In this document: one piece after another, positions 37,735 to 48,868 of the stretch
Layout of the letters: every line of letters begins with the position of its first letter
Position numbering within the stretch: the stretch's first letter is position 1
Virus record (IMG/VR): IMGVR_UViG_3300045988_155139
DNA from: a virus
DNA: 64,000 nt
Reading direction: 5' to 3' (one strand)
Position numbers and translations under genes: made by a program
The notes under the pieces: model-generated
What the model saw: only the letters and a program-made list of their open reading frames with translations
What the model was told of the DNA's origin: nothing
Database searches by the model: none

Positions 37735-38058
37735 ATGGATAATGAAGAAATTATAACTATTGATGGAGTGGAATATCACTTCAAATTGAAATCACAAAAA
37801 ATTGTAGAATTAGAAAAGGTATATGGCAAAAACATATTTCAGATATTTGAGGACATGTCTTTTGGAACAATTTTAAAAGTTCTAGAGGCAAGTTTGGTTA
37901 GTCCAGCTGGAATGGATGGATATGAGTTAATGGATAAGATGTTAACAAAATATACTATTCTTGAATTAGCACAAAGTGTTTTAAAGAATATTGCTGTTAA
38001 GTCTGGACTACTTAGAAAGTCTGATGTTAGTGATGTAGAAGATAACCCAAAAAACTAA
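37735..38058 (+). CDS. tail assembly chaperone (G-like)
   Basis: 107 aa, directly upstream of the tape measure; ends just after slippery A_AAA_AAC. Confidence 0.6.
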   Translation: MDNEEIITIDGVEYHFKLKSQKIVELEKVYGKNIFQIFEDMSFGTILKVLEASLVSPAGMDGYELMDKMLTKYTILELAQSVLKNIAVKSGLLRKSDVSDVEDNPKN

Positions 38059-38405
38059 TAAAAGAGTATGAATATGACTCTTTGGCCGGTTTTCATATGG
38101 TTCATGATTTATATATTGAACTCGTTAGATATGGTTGTGAGTTAAAAGAATTATATGATTACTCAGTCAAAGAGTTATTGTTTATACTCAAATATAAAAG
38201 AGAAGGTTTAGCTGAAAGTTGGTGGTTACAAGGTTTGGCCAACAGAGCTGCATACCATTCAATAACTTATCCATCAAAAGCTGAAGAGTTATTTGGACAT
38301 ATGTATGAGAAAGCTCCGGCCCAAAAACCAGTACCAATTCCAGATTGGTTAAAGGATGACTACCAAGCAAAACTAAATGCTTCTGTTAGAAGAAATCCTG
38401 ACTAG
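37735..38405 (+). CDS. tail assembly chaperone G-T fusion via programmed -1 frameshift
   Basis: slippery heptamer A AAA AAC at 38049-38055, just before the stop of ORF 37735-38058; the -1 frame stays open through 38405. Confidence 0.5.
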
Positions 38406-38420
38406 AAAAGGGGTGAGAAA

Positions 38421-41360
38421 GTGGACGAAGAATTCAAAGTCAAATTTACCATAGACATGGGTGATACCGAAAAGAAAGTAGCAAAATTCAAGGAAGATTT
38501 GAAAAGTACTGAGAAGATGAAGATTTCTCCTAAGATTGGAGATATTGGAAAAGATATGAATAAAGTCTTTAACAATATTCGACAACAGAATAATAAAGTT
38601 CAAAAAAGTTTATTTTGGAGTAAAGAGAAGAAATCAGAATTTCATAACTTTTATAAAGATTTAGAGAATAGAGCATACAGTTCATTGTCTGGTATTGAGA
38701 AAAAATATTCTAACCTGGCTGAGTCTTTAAATGTTATGCAACAACAAAAACTTGATTTGCAAGCACAAATTCAGGTTAAAGACATTGAAGCAGATGATAT
38801 TAAAAACCAAATAGACCAAGAGATGGCTAAATCCGATATCCGTAGTGGAAACTGGGAAGATTTGGTTAAGATGAAGGCTGAATATGACAGAATAACATCC
38901 ATGATTGGAAAATATAATCAAGGAGCTCAAACTGCTCAACAAAGAGGAGATACTTCAGACTATGAGTCTTGGTTGAGAGATATCGAAAAATTAAAAACCT
39001 ATCGAGATAGTATTGAGCAAAGTATGAACAATTTTAAGGTGGGAGAGTCCTACAATCCAGAAGGTAAAGACTATGAGAAAATTGCTCAATTACAAGCCAA
39101 ATGGGAAGAAGTAACTAAAGAGGCCGAGCAATTAGACAAAGAATTACAAAAAATTGAGTCTAATCCAGCGTTCACTAATAAAACTCAACAATTACAAGTT
39201 TTAGGCAATGAATATAAACAAATTATTTTGGATTTACAACAAAATCCGATGGAAGCTAATTTTAAGTCAGAAGATTTGCAAAGAACAAATGCTGAGGCTC
39301 AAAATTTAGCTAATAACTTGAGACGTTCTGGTCGTGAATTGTCTGCCAATACTTCATTAACAGAAAAATGGAACAAAATGATGTCAAGATTAAAATCTCG
39401 TCTTATGTTCTCATTTGTTTCTTTAATCAATCCAGCCAATGTCTTGAGGGGAATTTGGAGTGGATTTGCTGAACAAAATGAGGATGTCGCTAATACCTTT
39501 AAAATGATAAGCCAAAACTTAATAAAGGTATTCGAACCGGCGATTAGAAAAATTGCAAATTGGTTTTTCAAAATTATGCAATACGTGAATGTTTTTACTA
39601 AGTCTTGGTTTGGAGTAGATTTATTTGATAAGTCAGTTCTTTCATCTGAAGAGACTAAGAAAAACATGGAGAAAATGAACCAATTACAAGCTAGCTTTGA
39701 TGAATTGAATGTTTTCAAAGAAGAGGATAACAGTGAAGATAATCAAACTGTTATGGACACGACTGGTCTACCTTATGTCGACACATCTGGTCTTGAGAAA
39801 TGGGCGAATGGTGCCGGAAAATGGATAGGAGATGCTTTGAATTGGGCATTAGAAAATCCATTACAAGCAGCGGGATTAGCCTTGGGTGCATATTTTGGTA
39901 CTAAGTTCTTGGCTGGATTGGCTGGAAAAGGTATTTCAAAACTTATTGGAAATATTCTTGGAACGAATAGTGCTGATGCAGCCGGAGCTAGTGGTTCACT
40001 AATTGCAAGTATTTTTGGAAAGAAATTATATGATGGAGCCGGAGCATGGGGAACTAAATCTGCCGTAACTGTTGGAAAAGCTTTAGGTGGAATTGCATTA
40101 GTTGCAGGAGGAACGGCATTAGCTGTTACTCAAGCTATAGATGCTGGTTCAAATTGGCAAGATTTAACTACTGGAGCTAAAGCTGCTAAAGTCGGATTGG
40201 TTGGAGTTGGTAGTGCTGCTGCCGGATTGGGAGCGGTAATGCTAGGAGCTTCAGGTCCGGTTGGTTGGGCAGTAGCTGCAGGTGTTGCATTAGTTTCATT
40301 TGGTGTTGGTATGGCTCAGACCCAAGATGGTATAGACTCAGTTAAGAAAGAAACAGAAAATCTAGCTGCAGCCCAAGAAGCAGCAGCCGAAGCAAATAAT
40401 AATTATTTGAATGCAACAAATACTTTAGCTCAGACTATGAGTAATTTGGAACAACTAGAACAACAAACTGGTTTATCTGGAGCAGCATTAGATGAACAAG
40501 TTAAAAATGGAACTTTATCAGTGCAAAATATGACTTCTGCACAATTACAAGTTTATAATGCTTATATTCAAAATCAACAGGCTATAGAAAATCTAAAAAC
40601 TGCAACTGAACAAAAAACTGAAGCAGACCATCAAGCTGAATTACAATCTCTAAAAACAGAAGCTGCTAATGCCATTGAGGCTGACTCTTATGACAATCTT
40701 AGAGAAAAAGTAGTTCAAGCTTGGAAAGAAGGTTCTATCAGTGCTGAAGAAGCTGGAGACATATTATCTCGAGCATTAGCTAATGCCGATGATGAGACAC
40801 AGAGAACTTTTGGTGAAAGTATACCAGAAGATATTAGAAATGCCTTTGACCCAGATAAATATGAGTCTGGATGGAGAAAATTCAAAACTAACTTTAAGAA
40901 TATGATGAACGATTTAGGAAATTGGTTTTCTGAAAAATGGCAAGGACTTAAAGATTGGTGGAATGGTCTATGGAATAAAGATAATATGAGTGCTGGTGGA
41001 GGAGATGGCCGGTGGCCGGAGGTGGTGGCCGGAGGTCGTTCATTAGATGTTCCATCATACGATGTTGGTACAAATTATGTACCAAATGACCAATTAGCAA
41101 TGGTTCATAAGGGTGAAGCCATTGTTCCAGCAAAATATAATAATTCGACATATATGAACAATTCTGCCTCAAATGTACAAATGCAACAAACCATCAGTGC
41201 TATGACTGGGGAAATCTCAGCTTTGAGAAATTTAATTCAACAGGGTATTCCAGTTTCTGGTACATTTGTACAAAGGGGAAGTGATTTAGTAGCAGTTACA
41301 GAAAAGGCAAAAAATAAAAGGGGAAATCAAGTTATAAGTAATGGTGCATTCGCAAGATAG
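38421..41360 (+). CDS. tape measure protein
   Basis: 979 aa; long coiled-coil N-terminus, Gly/Ala-rich hydrophobic central segment, downstream of the chaperone pair; GTG start. Confidence 0.8.
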   Translation: MDEEFKVKFTIDMGDTEKKVAKFKEDLKSTEKMKISPKIGDIGKDMNKVFNNIRQQNNKVQKSLFWSKEKKSEFHNFYKDLENRAYSSLSGIEKKYSNLAESLNVMQQQKLDLQAQIQVKDIEADDIKNQIDQEMAKSDIRSGNWEDLVKMKAEYDRITSMIGKYNQGAQTAQQRGDTSDYESWLRDIEKLKTYRDSIEQSMNNFKVGESYNPEGKDYEKIAQLQAKWEEVTKEAEQLDKELQKIESNPAFTNKTQQLQVLGNEYKQIILDLQQNPMEANFKSEDLQRTNAEAQNLANNLRRSGRELSANTSLTEKWNKMMSRLKSRLMFSFVSLINPANVLRGIWSGFAEQNEDVANTFKMISQNLIKVFEPAIRKIANWFFKIMQYVNVFTKSWFGVDLFDKSVLSSEETKKNMEKMNQLQASFDELNVFKEEDNSEDNQTVMDTTGLPYVDTSGLEKWANGAGKWIGDALNWALENPLQAAGLALGAYFGTKFLAGLAGKGISKLIGNILGTNSADAAGASGSLIASIFGKKLYDGAGAWGTKSAVTVGKALGGIALVAGGTALAVTQAIDAGSNWQDLTTGAKAAKVGLVGVGSAAAGLGAVMLGASGPVGWAVAAGVALVSFGVGMAQTQDGIDSVKKETENLAAAQEAAAEANNNYLNATNTLAQTMSNLEQLEQQTGLSGAALDEQVKNGTLSVQNMTSAQLQVYNAYIQNQQAIENLKTATEQKTEADHQAELQSLKTEAANAIEADSYDNLREKVVQAWKEGSISAEEAGDILSRALANADDETQRTFGESIPEDIRNAFDPDKYESGWRKFKTNFKNMMNDLGNWFSEKWQGLKDWWNGLWNKDNMSAGGGDGRWPEVVAGGRSLDVPSYDVGTNYVPNDQLAMVHKGEAIVPAKYNNSTYMNNSASNVQMQQTISAMTGEISALRNLIQQGIPVSGTFVQRGSDLVAVTEKAKNKRGNQVISNGAFAR

Positions 41361-41371
41361 GAGGTAATGGA

Positions 41372-41776
41372 ATGGCTGTATTATTCAAATTCGATGGGGA
41401 AGCCATTCCAGGTAACCCAGCTAGGGGTTACTTGGAAGCATCCGAGCAATTGGTCGACAGTGCAAGAAACGCTAATGGTCAAGTAGTTGCTCAAAAAATA
41501 AATAGGAGACTTAGAAAATTTGATAGTCTAAAATGGCCTTATCTATCAAGAGCTCAGGTTAATTGGCTCAAGAAAAAAGTTGCTAATTTTACAGTCAATC
41601 TAACCTATTATGATAGTGAAGACGGAGGAATAGTGACTAGAAAATTTTATTTTGGTGACATGACTGCAGAACCCTGTGATTGGGACAGGAGTGGAGAAAT
41701 CATGATACCTACTTATTATACAAATGTCTCCGTAAATATTATCGATATGCGGATATTGAAATACCCCAAACTCTGA
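41372..41776 (+). CDS. tail-associated protein (small)
   Basis: 134 aa after the tape measure; function unclear. Confidence 0.4.
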   Translation: MAVLFKFDGEAIPGNPARGYLEASEQLVDSARNANGQVVAQKINRRLRKFDSLKWPYLSRAQVNWLKKKVANFTVNLTYYDSEDGGIVTRKFYFGDMTAEPCDWDRSGEIMIPTYYTNVSVNIIDMRILKYPKL

Positions 41777-41778
41777 TG

Positions 41779-41807
41779 TTGACAATGTTACTTCTTTGTG
41801 ATATAAT
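41779..41807 (+). promoter_or_regulatory. sigma-A-type promoter for the HNH gene
   Basis: TTGACA 41779-41784, 17 nt spacer, TGATATAAT 41799-41807. Confidence 0.55.
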
Positions 41808-41837
41808 TTTATAAAATTATAAAAGGAGTGATATCAG

Positions 41838-42356
41838 ATGGAAGAAATATGGAAAGAGTTCAAAGAAGATTATGAAGTTAGTAGTCTGGGTAGAGTAAAA
41901 AGTTATAAGAGAGGTCGAAGAGGAAGAATTTTAATTCCTCGACCAAATTCCGGTGGTTATATGAGAATTATTTTAGATTATAAGAAGGAATTAGTCCATC
42001 GATTGGTTGCAAAATTATTTTTACCTAACCCCGGCAATCTTCCCGTAGTAAACCATAAAGACGGAGACAGGACTAACAATTGTGTTGACAATTTAGAATG
42101 GATAACTCAAGGTGAAAATATTAAAAAAGCTTATGAGACAGGAAAGGCTAAACCAAGTGAAAATCAGAGACAAGCTATAATTAAGACTAATCATCTCAAG
42201 AGAAAAATGGTTAAACAATATGACTTAGAGAATAATCTGATTAGAGAATTTAGAAGTGTCAGAGAGGCCAGTGAGATTTTGAAAATTAGTCCAGCTATGA
42301 TTTCTCTAATCTGCAGAGGAAAAAGAAAATCCAAAGAATTCATCCTAAGATATTAA
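41838..42356 (+). mobile_element. freestanding HNH homing endonuclease (AP2/NUMOD-type)
   Basis: NHKDGDRTNNCVDNLEWITQGENIKKAY HNH_3 core; own promoter; inserted between tail genes. Confidence 0.6.
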
Positions 42357-42414
42357 AAAATATTATTAGTTGTGATATAATAATAGCGTAAACAATATGA
42401 AAGGAGAAATTGAT

Positions 42415-44268
42415 ATGGCTTTAGAACAAAAATATTTGAACGTACCTATTAGAGCCGAAGGATATATTGACATAATGATGTACGTACCAGATAATTCTGT
42501 CAAGATAGCTAATATCAGTTCTGACGATATTTTATCATATTCCAATATTGATAGTCTAAAAGACATTAAGAATTACACAAATACTACAATCGCTACTTTA
42601 GAAGAAAATCTTTGGTTGTTAAATGGAGCTTTTGTTAACCCAACTCCAGGTAGACTATACAATGGGTATATCAGTAATAGTATTTCTGATGAGGATGGCA
42701 ATTTTGAAATCAATCCAACCATAGACATTGAATTGTCAACTATATCTACCATTGAATATTTTTCTATTGTTTTAAACCCTGCTGTCAGAAGCGGTTACCC
42801 AAAACAAGTAGAGGTTGTTCTTTTGGATAGTCAGAATAATGAGGTAGGGACCTTTTCAAAGATTATGTCTAAGGAGAGTTCTCTACCTAATTTGATTTAT
42901 GACATTCATATGTCTGATATTGCTAAAATGAAAATCAATTTTATTGGAACATCTTCTCCTCATAGAAGAATTCGTGTTTCAAACATGATTTTTGGAAAAG
43001 TGATAACATTGACACAGGACGAGATATTAGACTCAGATTATTTAGATAAGTGTAGTTATGTTCCGGACTCTATTCCATCAAGAACATTCTCATTTAGTTT
43101 GGAAAATTATGATAAACGTTACAATATTGACAATCCTGACAATGAGTATGTCGACTTAGATAGACAAACACGAGTTTTAATCAGGAATGGTTATAATGTG
43201 TATGGCTATACTACTGACGAAGAGGGAAATCCAGTTATAAATAACCCTGACCAAATTAAACAGATTGAATGGGACGACTGGAAAGAGTTAAGATTATTGG
43301 AAGTTTCAACAGACTCAGACAACACTTGTACTATTCAAACTGGCTCTATCCTAGACATGATGACTGATACATATACTCAAGAAAGATTTACCAATAATAG
43401 AACAGTTAGATATATTGTAGCTAATCTTTTAAATTTCATGGGTCTTGATACTAACATTGTTACATTTAGTGCTGATAAAAATGGAAAAGATTATGGTGAC
43501 TATGTGATAAACACTGTTCTTCCAGAATTACCAGTCAGAGAACTTATACAATTGTTAGCTTTCAGTGTGGGAGCAACTTTATTGATAAAAGATGATGGAA
43601 CTATCAAATTTGCAAATTTGGATTTAGATGACCCAAATTCATTCACACACCACCATTCCTTTACGTATGATGATTTTGCTTCAGTTCCAAAGGCTGAACA
43701 ATTAGAAAATACTACAAAAATCTCTTTACCAAAATACAATGCTACAATTGGTACAAGTGAAGAAAAGATACAAAGTTTTGATGTTTCAGCTTACAATGTT
43801 GATGTTAGTTATTCTCAATGTGTTCCAACCGGAGCTATTAAATCCGAGGAAGATACATCTCAAGGTAGTGTACAAAGTGCTGATTTATATGCTCACAGAG
43901 GAAATTTGGTTATGAACATCCCAGTAGCTGGAGTATCAACCAAAGTTGACATTGTTGGTTACAAAATCGATGTTGCTGTAACCCAAGACAGAACTGTTAC
44001 AAATGACACTTTGATAATTGATACTCAGTTAATCAAAGAAGACCCTGGAGATATGATAAAAACGAAATATAAAAATTGGTATGGAAAAAAATTCAAATAC
44101 ACTATGAACACTCGTGGAGAACCTTTGGTTGATGCTGGAGACTATGCTGAAATTGAAACTCCATTCAGTGGAAGAGATAAACCAATGAGAGCCTATGTAT
44201 TACAAAATCATGTTACATTTAATGGTGCATGGGGAGGAGACATGGAGGTGATTGCACTTGACAGTTAA
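42415..44268 (+). CDS. distal tail / baseplate protein
   Basis: 618 aa after tape measure and HNH; ATG 42415 after GAAAGGAG RBS. Confidence 0.45.
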   Translation: MALEQKYLNVPIRAEGYIDIMMYVPDNSVKIANISSDDILSYSNIDSLKDIKNYTNTTIATLEENLWLLNGAFVNPTPGRLYNGYISNSISDEDGNFEINPTIDIELSTISTIEYFSIVLNPAVRSGYPKQVEVVLLDSQNNEVGTFSKIMSKESSLPNLIYDIHMSDIAKMKINFIGTSSPHRRIRVSNMIFGKVITLTQDEILDSDYLDKCSYVPDSIPSRTFSFSLENYDKRYNIDNPDNEYVDLDRQTRVLIRNGYNVYGYTTDEEGNPVINNPDQIKQIEWDDWKELRLLEVSTDSDNTCTIQTGSILDMMTDTYTQERFTNNRTVRYIVANLLNFMGLDTNIVTFSADKNGKDYGDYVINTVLPELPVRELIQLLAFSVGATLLIKDDGTIKFANLDLDDPNSFTHHHSFTYDDFASVPKAEQLENTTKISLPKYNATIGTSEEKIQSFDVSAYNVDVSYSQCVPTGAIKSEEDTSQGSVQSADLYAHRGNLVMNIPVAGVSTKVDIVGYKIDVAVTQDRTVTNDTLIIDTQLIKEDPGDMIKTKYKNWYGKKFKYTMNTRGEPLVDAGDYAEIETPFSGRDKPMRAYVLQNHVTFNGAWGGDMEVIALDS

Positions 44269-47200
44269 TTGGATAGAACCAATCTATGATAGAACTTATT
44301 CGGATGTTTTGACTGCCGAGGCTAATCCAGAAATGGAAAATCCAAAAGGTTGCTATAATCAGATTGACTTAAATCGTATTGAAAACAATACAAAATATGT
44401 TATGGAGGACATGGTAGAGAGAAAGATTATCAGAGTTCCTCCAGCCCTAGCTATAAAAACAAATTGGGCAGAGAAAGATATTCCCACAAGAGATGATATG
44501 ATTAGAATTATTCAAAACATAAAACTATTGATGGATTTATCTAATCCCGAAATAACTGATAGTTTTGAAATTATCTATGACAGTACACAATTCACATATA
44601 CTTTGGCTAATGCTATTGAAAAGAACTTAGAAATCATGAAAAATCAACCGGAGTTGCCAATACAAAAATGGCTTTTAACTGTTGAAAATGGTACAATATT
44701 AGAGTATGGTACATCTACTGCATATTTGGCTGAGGAAGAAACTGTTACAATTCAAGGAGTTCCATATGGTGAAAGTGCTCAGTATATGGTATTTACAAAT
44801 TGGAGTGGAGATACTGACGACCTACAATATGTTGGAGATGTGAATAGCCAACAAACAACATTTACTATGCAGTATCATGACACAGAGTCTTATTCAGTAA
44901 CATTAACTGCTAATTTCAAAGTTAGATTTCCTAGAACATTGACCCTACATGGTGGTACAATTTACGATGATATTGGTGGTACAACTCGACAATTCTTTGC
45001 AGGAGATGAAATTCTGATACTAGCTGATGATGCTGAGATGGGAAAAGTATTTTATGAATGGCAAGGCACAGAAGAAGGATTGAAAAATCTAACCGGAGGT
45101 GAACAACCATCTACATCTTGGTTAACTATGCCAGATTGTGATGTAGAGTTAACATCATTTTATATAAATGCCGGTCAACACAGTGTAACAGTCGATGGTG
45201 AAATTCAAGGATGGTATGATTACAAAGAACATGTTTCTATCTATCCAAAATCTAGAGGAGAAAAATATTCATTTTCTTATTGGAGTGGGGACACAGGTTA
45301 TTTAGAAGATGTAACATCAACTTCATTTGAAATGCCTGATGTTAATGTTAAGTTTACTTCTCATTGGACATATAACTATTCATATAACACAGTTACAGTG
45401 ATAAATGGAACTATCAATGGTGAAGAAAAGGAAGAAAATTTGAGAGAAGGTAGTGGTCAATCCATCATAGCCAATGAGGCACCAGAGGGTTATGTTTTTG
45501 GACATTGGAGTTTAGAAGGTTTAGGTTCATTCTCAAATGCTGAAAATGCTAGTACAACTTTCTATGTTGGAGATGGAAATGCCATAATCACTGCAAACTA
45601 TGTTAAGGCACACACTGTTACAATCGAAAATGCTGGAAATGATGGAAGTATCACAACCAAAATCGTAGGAGAGGGTAAGAAATACTCAATAAGTTCAACT
45701 GAAGTTTTAACTGACTATATGTTTGATTATTGGAATAAAGATGGCTCAAAATATGGTTCATCCCATTACTATAACAATATTATAATGGGAACTGAAGATG
45801 TAACATATACAGCCATTTATAGAAACAGAAATTCTTATAATCTAACAGTAGAAAATGGTTCAGGAGATGGAACATATAAAGAAAGACAATCCGTTTCTAT
45901 TACAGCTGATGAAGCACAAGAGGGTTATAATTTTAGTAGTTGGTCAGGAGATTATTATAGCATAGGAAATAGATATAATTCCAAAACTTCTATTACAATG
46001 CCAAGTAGAGATTGCACAGTTACAGCTAATTATCGACAAGACCCAACTTATATTTATCATAATGTCATAGTCAATAATGGTTCAGGAAGTGGAAGTTATT
46101 ATGAGGGCCAAAAAGTTACATGCCGAGGGGACCAAGCCCCAGACACTTGGGAATTCTCACATTGGGAAGAAGATGGAGAAATCATATCATATGCTAACCC
46201 GTATGAATTCATAATGGGTACTAGTGATAGAGAATTGACTGCAATCTACAAAGAGATACCATATTTCAATTTAACCGTTATTAACGGTACAGGTAGTGGT
46301 AGATACTTAAGAAACTCTTCACCAACGATTGTAATGAACCCTGCTCCAGAGGGTATGAAGTTTTTACAATGGGAAATTCTGGAAGGAGATGACAATGATG
46401 TATACCAACCTTTGGCTTCTACAACATATATCCGAAATCTAATACATGATGTAAAGGTTCAAGCTACATATTATGTTCCAGACCCTGAGATAAAATACAC
46501 CTTGACTATCACTGGAAAAGATGGAGAAATTACAACTTATAATTATCCAGTTGGTGAACAAATAGAAATCTCAGCAGACAGTCCTGATGAGGGTTATGAA
46601 TTTTACAAATGGGTTGGAGATACTCAATATGTAATCGATAAGTATGCCGAGAGAACAGTTGTAAATATGCCAGCTAAAAATATTGAACTTCAAATGGAAT
46701 ACCGTAGAGAAGGTTATGTTACGACATATCATGTGGAGTTACATGGAGGAGAGTTATTGGTAGAGAAATCTGAAGATGGAACTGAAAAATGGGACATCGA
46801 AGGAGAATTTGAAGAAAGAAGTGTTGTTCCAATTAGAGCTGTGGACATTCCAGTTGGATGGAAATTCAATGGTTGGAAGAATGACGAAGATGGTGGAAAA
46901 TCTATAAGTACTGTGGCAGATTTAACTTTGGAAGAAACAACCGTTACAGTAGAAGACTTTGACATTGAGTTGACCAGAGATGTAATCGAAAGAGACAAAT
47001 ACTCTATTTCTATCATAAATGGTGAGGTCTCAGGTTCATATCATGAGAGTGACCCGGTTGCAGTATATTTTAATTTGGAAGACACTGAAGTTACTCATTA
47101 TAGTTTTACAAGATGGAGTGGAGATGATTTAGCTTATATAAAATTATTTGATGGTAGTTCATTTGACATATTTAAAGCTGGAAATGGAGATGACCCTCAG

Positions 47201-47695
47201 GTTATAAAAATGCCAGCTAGAAATATTACTATAACAGCTAATTATGAAGTAAGCTATAGATTAAAAATAAATGGAGGTACTAACCCAGAGGGTGAGACTG
47301 AAAAATTCTATACTTCTGGAACAAAGGTTAAGATTAAGGCCAATGACCCAGAAGAAGGACAACACTTCTCGCATTGGATTGGAAACATCGAGTATCTAGA
47401 CAATCCATATAACCCTGAGCCAATAGTTACTATACCTGAAGGAAGTGTTGAGATAACGGCAATCTATGCTTCTGAAGCAAATAGAAATGATATAGCTTTA
47501 GTTAATCAAAGCTTATATGACCAAAATAAAATTTCTTTGGAGGGGTTAGATTTAAAATTGATTTCTGGTCAAATAAGTGTTGGTTGTCTGATAATAGACA
47601 ACAAAGGACACATTTATACTGTTAACAGGATAGAAGATAGTATCTTGACTATATATAGATTAACTCAAAAACAAGGGGGTAATGGAAATGGCTAA
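44252..47695 (+). CDS. large tail fibre/adhesin with ~12 tandem Listeria-Bacteroides-type repeats
   Basis: 1147 aa; recurring ~85 aa unit Y.F..WSGD....(S/T)..T..MP...V..TA.Y (e.g. FTNWSGDTDDL, FSYWSGDTGYL, FSSWSGDYYSI, FTRWSGDDLAY). Confidence 0.6.
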   Translation: MHLTVNWIEPIYDRTYSDVLTAEANPEMENPKGCYNQIDLNRIENNTKYVMEDMVERKIIRVPPALAIKTNWAEKDIPTRDDMIRIIQNIKLLMDLSNPEITDSFEIIYDSTQFTYTLANAIEKNLEIMKNQPELPIQKWLLTVENGTILEYGTSTAYLAEEETVTIQGVPYGESAQYMVFTNWSGDTDDLQYVGDVNSQQTTFTMQYHDTESYSVTLTANFKVRFPRTLTLHGGTIYDDIGGTTRQFFAGDEILILADDAEMGKVFYEWQGTEEGLKNLTGGEQPSTSWLTMPDCDVELTSFYINAGQHSVTVDGEIQGWYDYKEHVSIYPKSRGEKYSFSYWSGDTGYLEDVTSTSFEMPDVNVKFTSHWTYNYSYNTVTVINGTINGEEKEENLREGSGQSIIANEAPEGYVFGHWSLEGLGSFSNAENASTTFYVGDGNAIITANYVKAHTVTIENAGNDGSITTKIVGEGKKYSISSTEVLTDYMFDYWNKDGSKYGSSHYYNNIIMGTEDVTYTAIYRNRNSYNLTVENGSGDGTYKERQSVSITADEAQEGYNFSSWSGDYYSIGNRYNSKTSITMPSRDCTVTANYRQDPTYIYHNVIVNNGSGSGSYYEGQKVTCRGDQAPDTWEFSHWEEDGEIISYANPYEFIMGTSDRELTAIYKEIPYFNLTVINGTGSGRYLRNSSPTIVMNPAPEGMKFLQWEILEGDDNDVYQPLASTTYIRNLIHDVKVQATYYVPDPEIKYTLTITGKDGEITTYNYPVGEQIEISADSPDEGYEFYKWVGDTQYVIDKYAERTVVNMPAKNIELQMEYRREGYVTTYHVELHGGELLVEKSEDGTEKWDIEGEFEERSVVPIRAVDIPVGWKFNGWKNDEDGGKSISTVADLTLEETTVTVEDFDIELTRDVIERDKYSISIINGEVSGSYHESDPVAVYFNLEDTEVTHYSFTRWSGDDLAYIKLFDGSSFDIFKAGNGDDPQVIKMPARNITITANYEVSYRLKINGGTNPEGETEKFYTSGTKVKIKANDPEEGQHFSHWIGNIEYLDNPYNPEPIVTIPEGSVEITAIYASEANRNDIALVNQSLYDQNKISLEGLDLKLISGQISVGCLIIDNKGHIYTVNRIEDSILTIYRLTQKQGGNGNG

Positions 47696-47954
47696 TAATG
47701 TTGGAATAACATCTGAAAAATTGCCAAGAGTTGTTGGTGAGACAATGGATTTTGATACAAATCCGGAATTATCATCTATTACTATGATTACTGGGGAAAT
47801 GGATTTAGGGTGCCTAATCTTTGATGGTGATGGCACAATGGGAGTTTGCTCTGATTTCAGACGAGATGAGGGCAACAATCCCATCTATACTGTACAAACT
47901 ACAACTCTTAATACTGAGATAGATGTACAAGACATTTTGTCACAAAGTTATTAG
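47682..47954 (+). CDS. hypothetical protein
   Basis: 90 aa. Confidence 0.4.
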   Translation: MEMANNVGITSEKLPRVVGETMDFDTNPELSSITMITGEMDLGCLIFDGDGTMGVCSDFRRDEGNNPIYTVQTTTLNTEIDVQDILSQSY

Positions 47955-47957
47955 TTT

Positions 47958-47994
47958 ACAAACTGTTTACATTTGTCTCAAAATATGATATAAT
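47958..47994 (+). promoter_or_regulatory. conserved phage promoter
   Basis: ACAAACTGTTTACA (-35 47966-47971), 17 nt, TGATATAAT (47986-47994). Confidence 0.6.
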
Positions 47995-48018
47995 ATTATA
48001 GTAAAGGGGGGCTTAATA

Positions 48019-48534
48019 ATGGCTCAAGAAATCGACGGAATTTGGAGAACAGTCAGAGGTAGAAGAATATTCATTGCCAATGGTCAATCTCTTTCTGAAG
48101 CAATGGCTAAATCCGGAAAATTCAAAAGTCTGAAAGACAAATCCGAAAATTCGCTAATGAGTGAACATATACAAAAATTAGAGAATTTAAAATCCAGTGA
48201 AGATGGAACTTTTGATTTAGAAACAGGTAAGACCAAAGAATACCAAGACGGTTATCAAGTCACATTTAGTATGACAGAGATGGCATTTAGTGACGAAGAA
48301 TATTCTAAACTCATTGACCAATTTAAACAAGCCGACCACGGAACAGTCGATGCTGGAAAATTTGGAGGAGAAGCTGAAATTAGTTTCAACGTAACAGACA
48401 TCAAGAAAGCTGGAAAATTAGCTTATAAATATAATCAAATTAGTATTTGGGACTGGAAAAATAACAGAGAAATAAAGACCGGAGGCAATGGCAAATGGTC
48501 TGGATATAAAAAGGAGGACAAAGAAGATGGCTAA
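48019..48534 (+). CDS. hypothetical protein
   Basis: 171 aa; RBS AAAGGGGGG upstream. Confidence 0.5.
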   Translation: MAQEIDGIWRTVRGRRIFIANGQSLSEAMAKSGKFKSLKDKSENSLMSEHIQKLENLKSSEDGTFDLETGKTKEYQDGYQVTFSMTEMAFSDEEYSKLIDQFKQADHGTVDAGKFGGEAEISFNVTDIKKAGKLAYKYNQISIWDWKNNREIKTGGNGKWSGYKKEDKEDG

Positions 48535-48757
48535 GATTGTTTTAGATGACCAAGATATTTTGGACATTGTACAATTGGCTTCAAGACAAGAGACAGCTGA
48601 GGTATCAGGTGAAGACATAGACAATATTGAAGAAGGGATTGTTTCTCGTATGAGTGATGAGGCCTTGAGTTGGTATATTACTCATATCATACCTATAGCT
48701 GGAAGAAAATTTACTCAAGAAAAATGGAGTAAATTCAGAAACAAAAACTCTGATTAG
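48527..48757 (+). CDS. hypothetical protein
   Basis: ATG 48527 after AAGGAGG RBS. Confidence 0.45.
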   Translation: MAKIVLDDQDILDIVQLASRQETAEVSGEDIDNIEEGIVSRMSDEALSWYITHIIPIAGRKFTQEKWSKFRNKNSD

Positions 48758-48868
48758 TTATTGACCAATTCAATATTTTGGAATATAATAATTATAATAA
48801 ATCAACCATATCTTTGCACCAGCAACTGTGGTTGATTTTCTTAGTAATAGGGAAAGGAGGTGCCAAAG

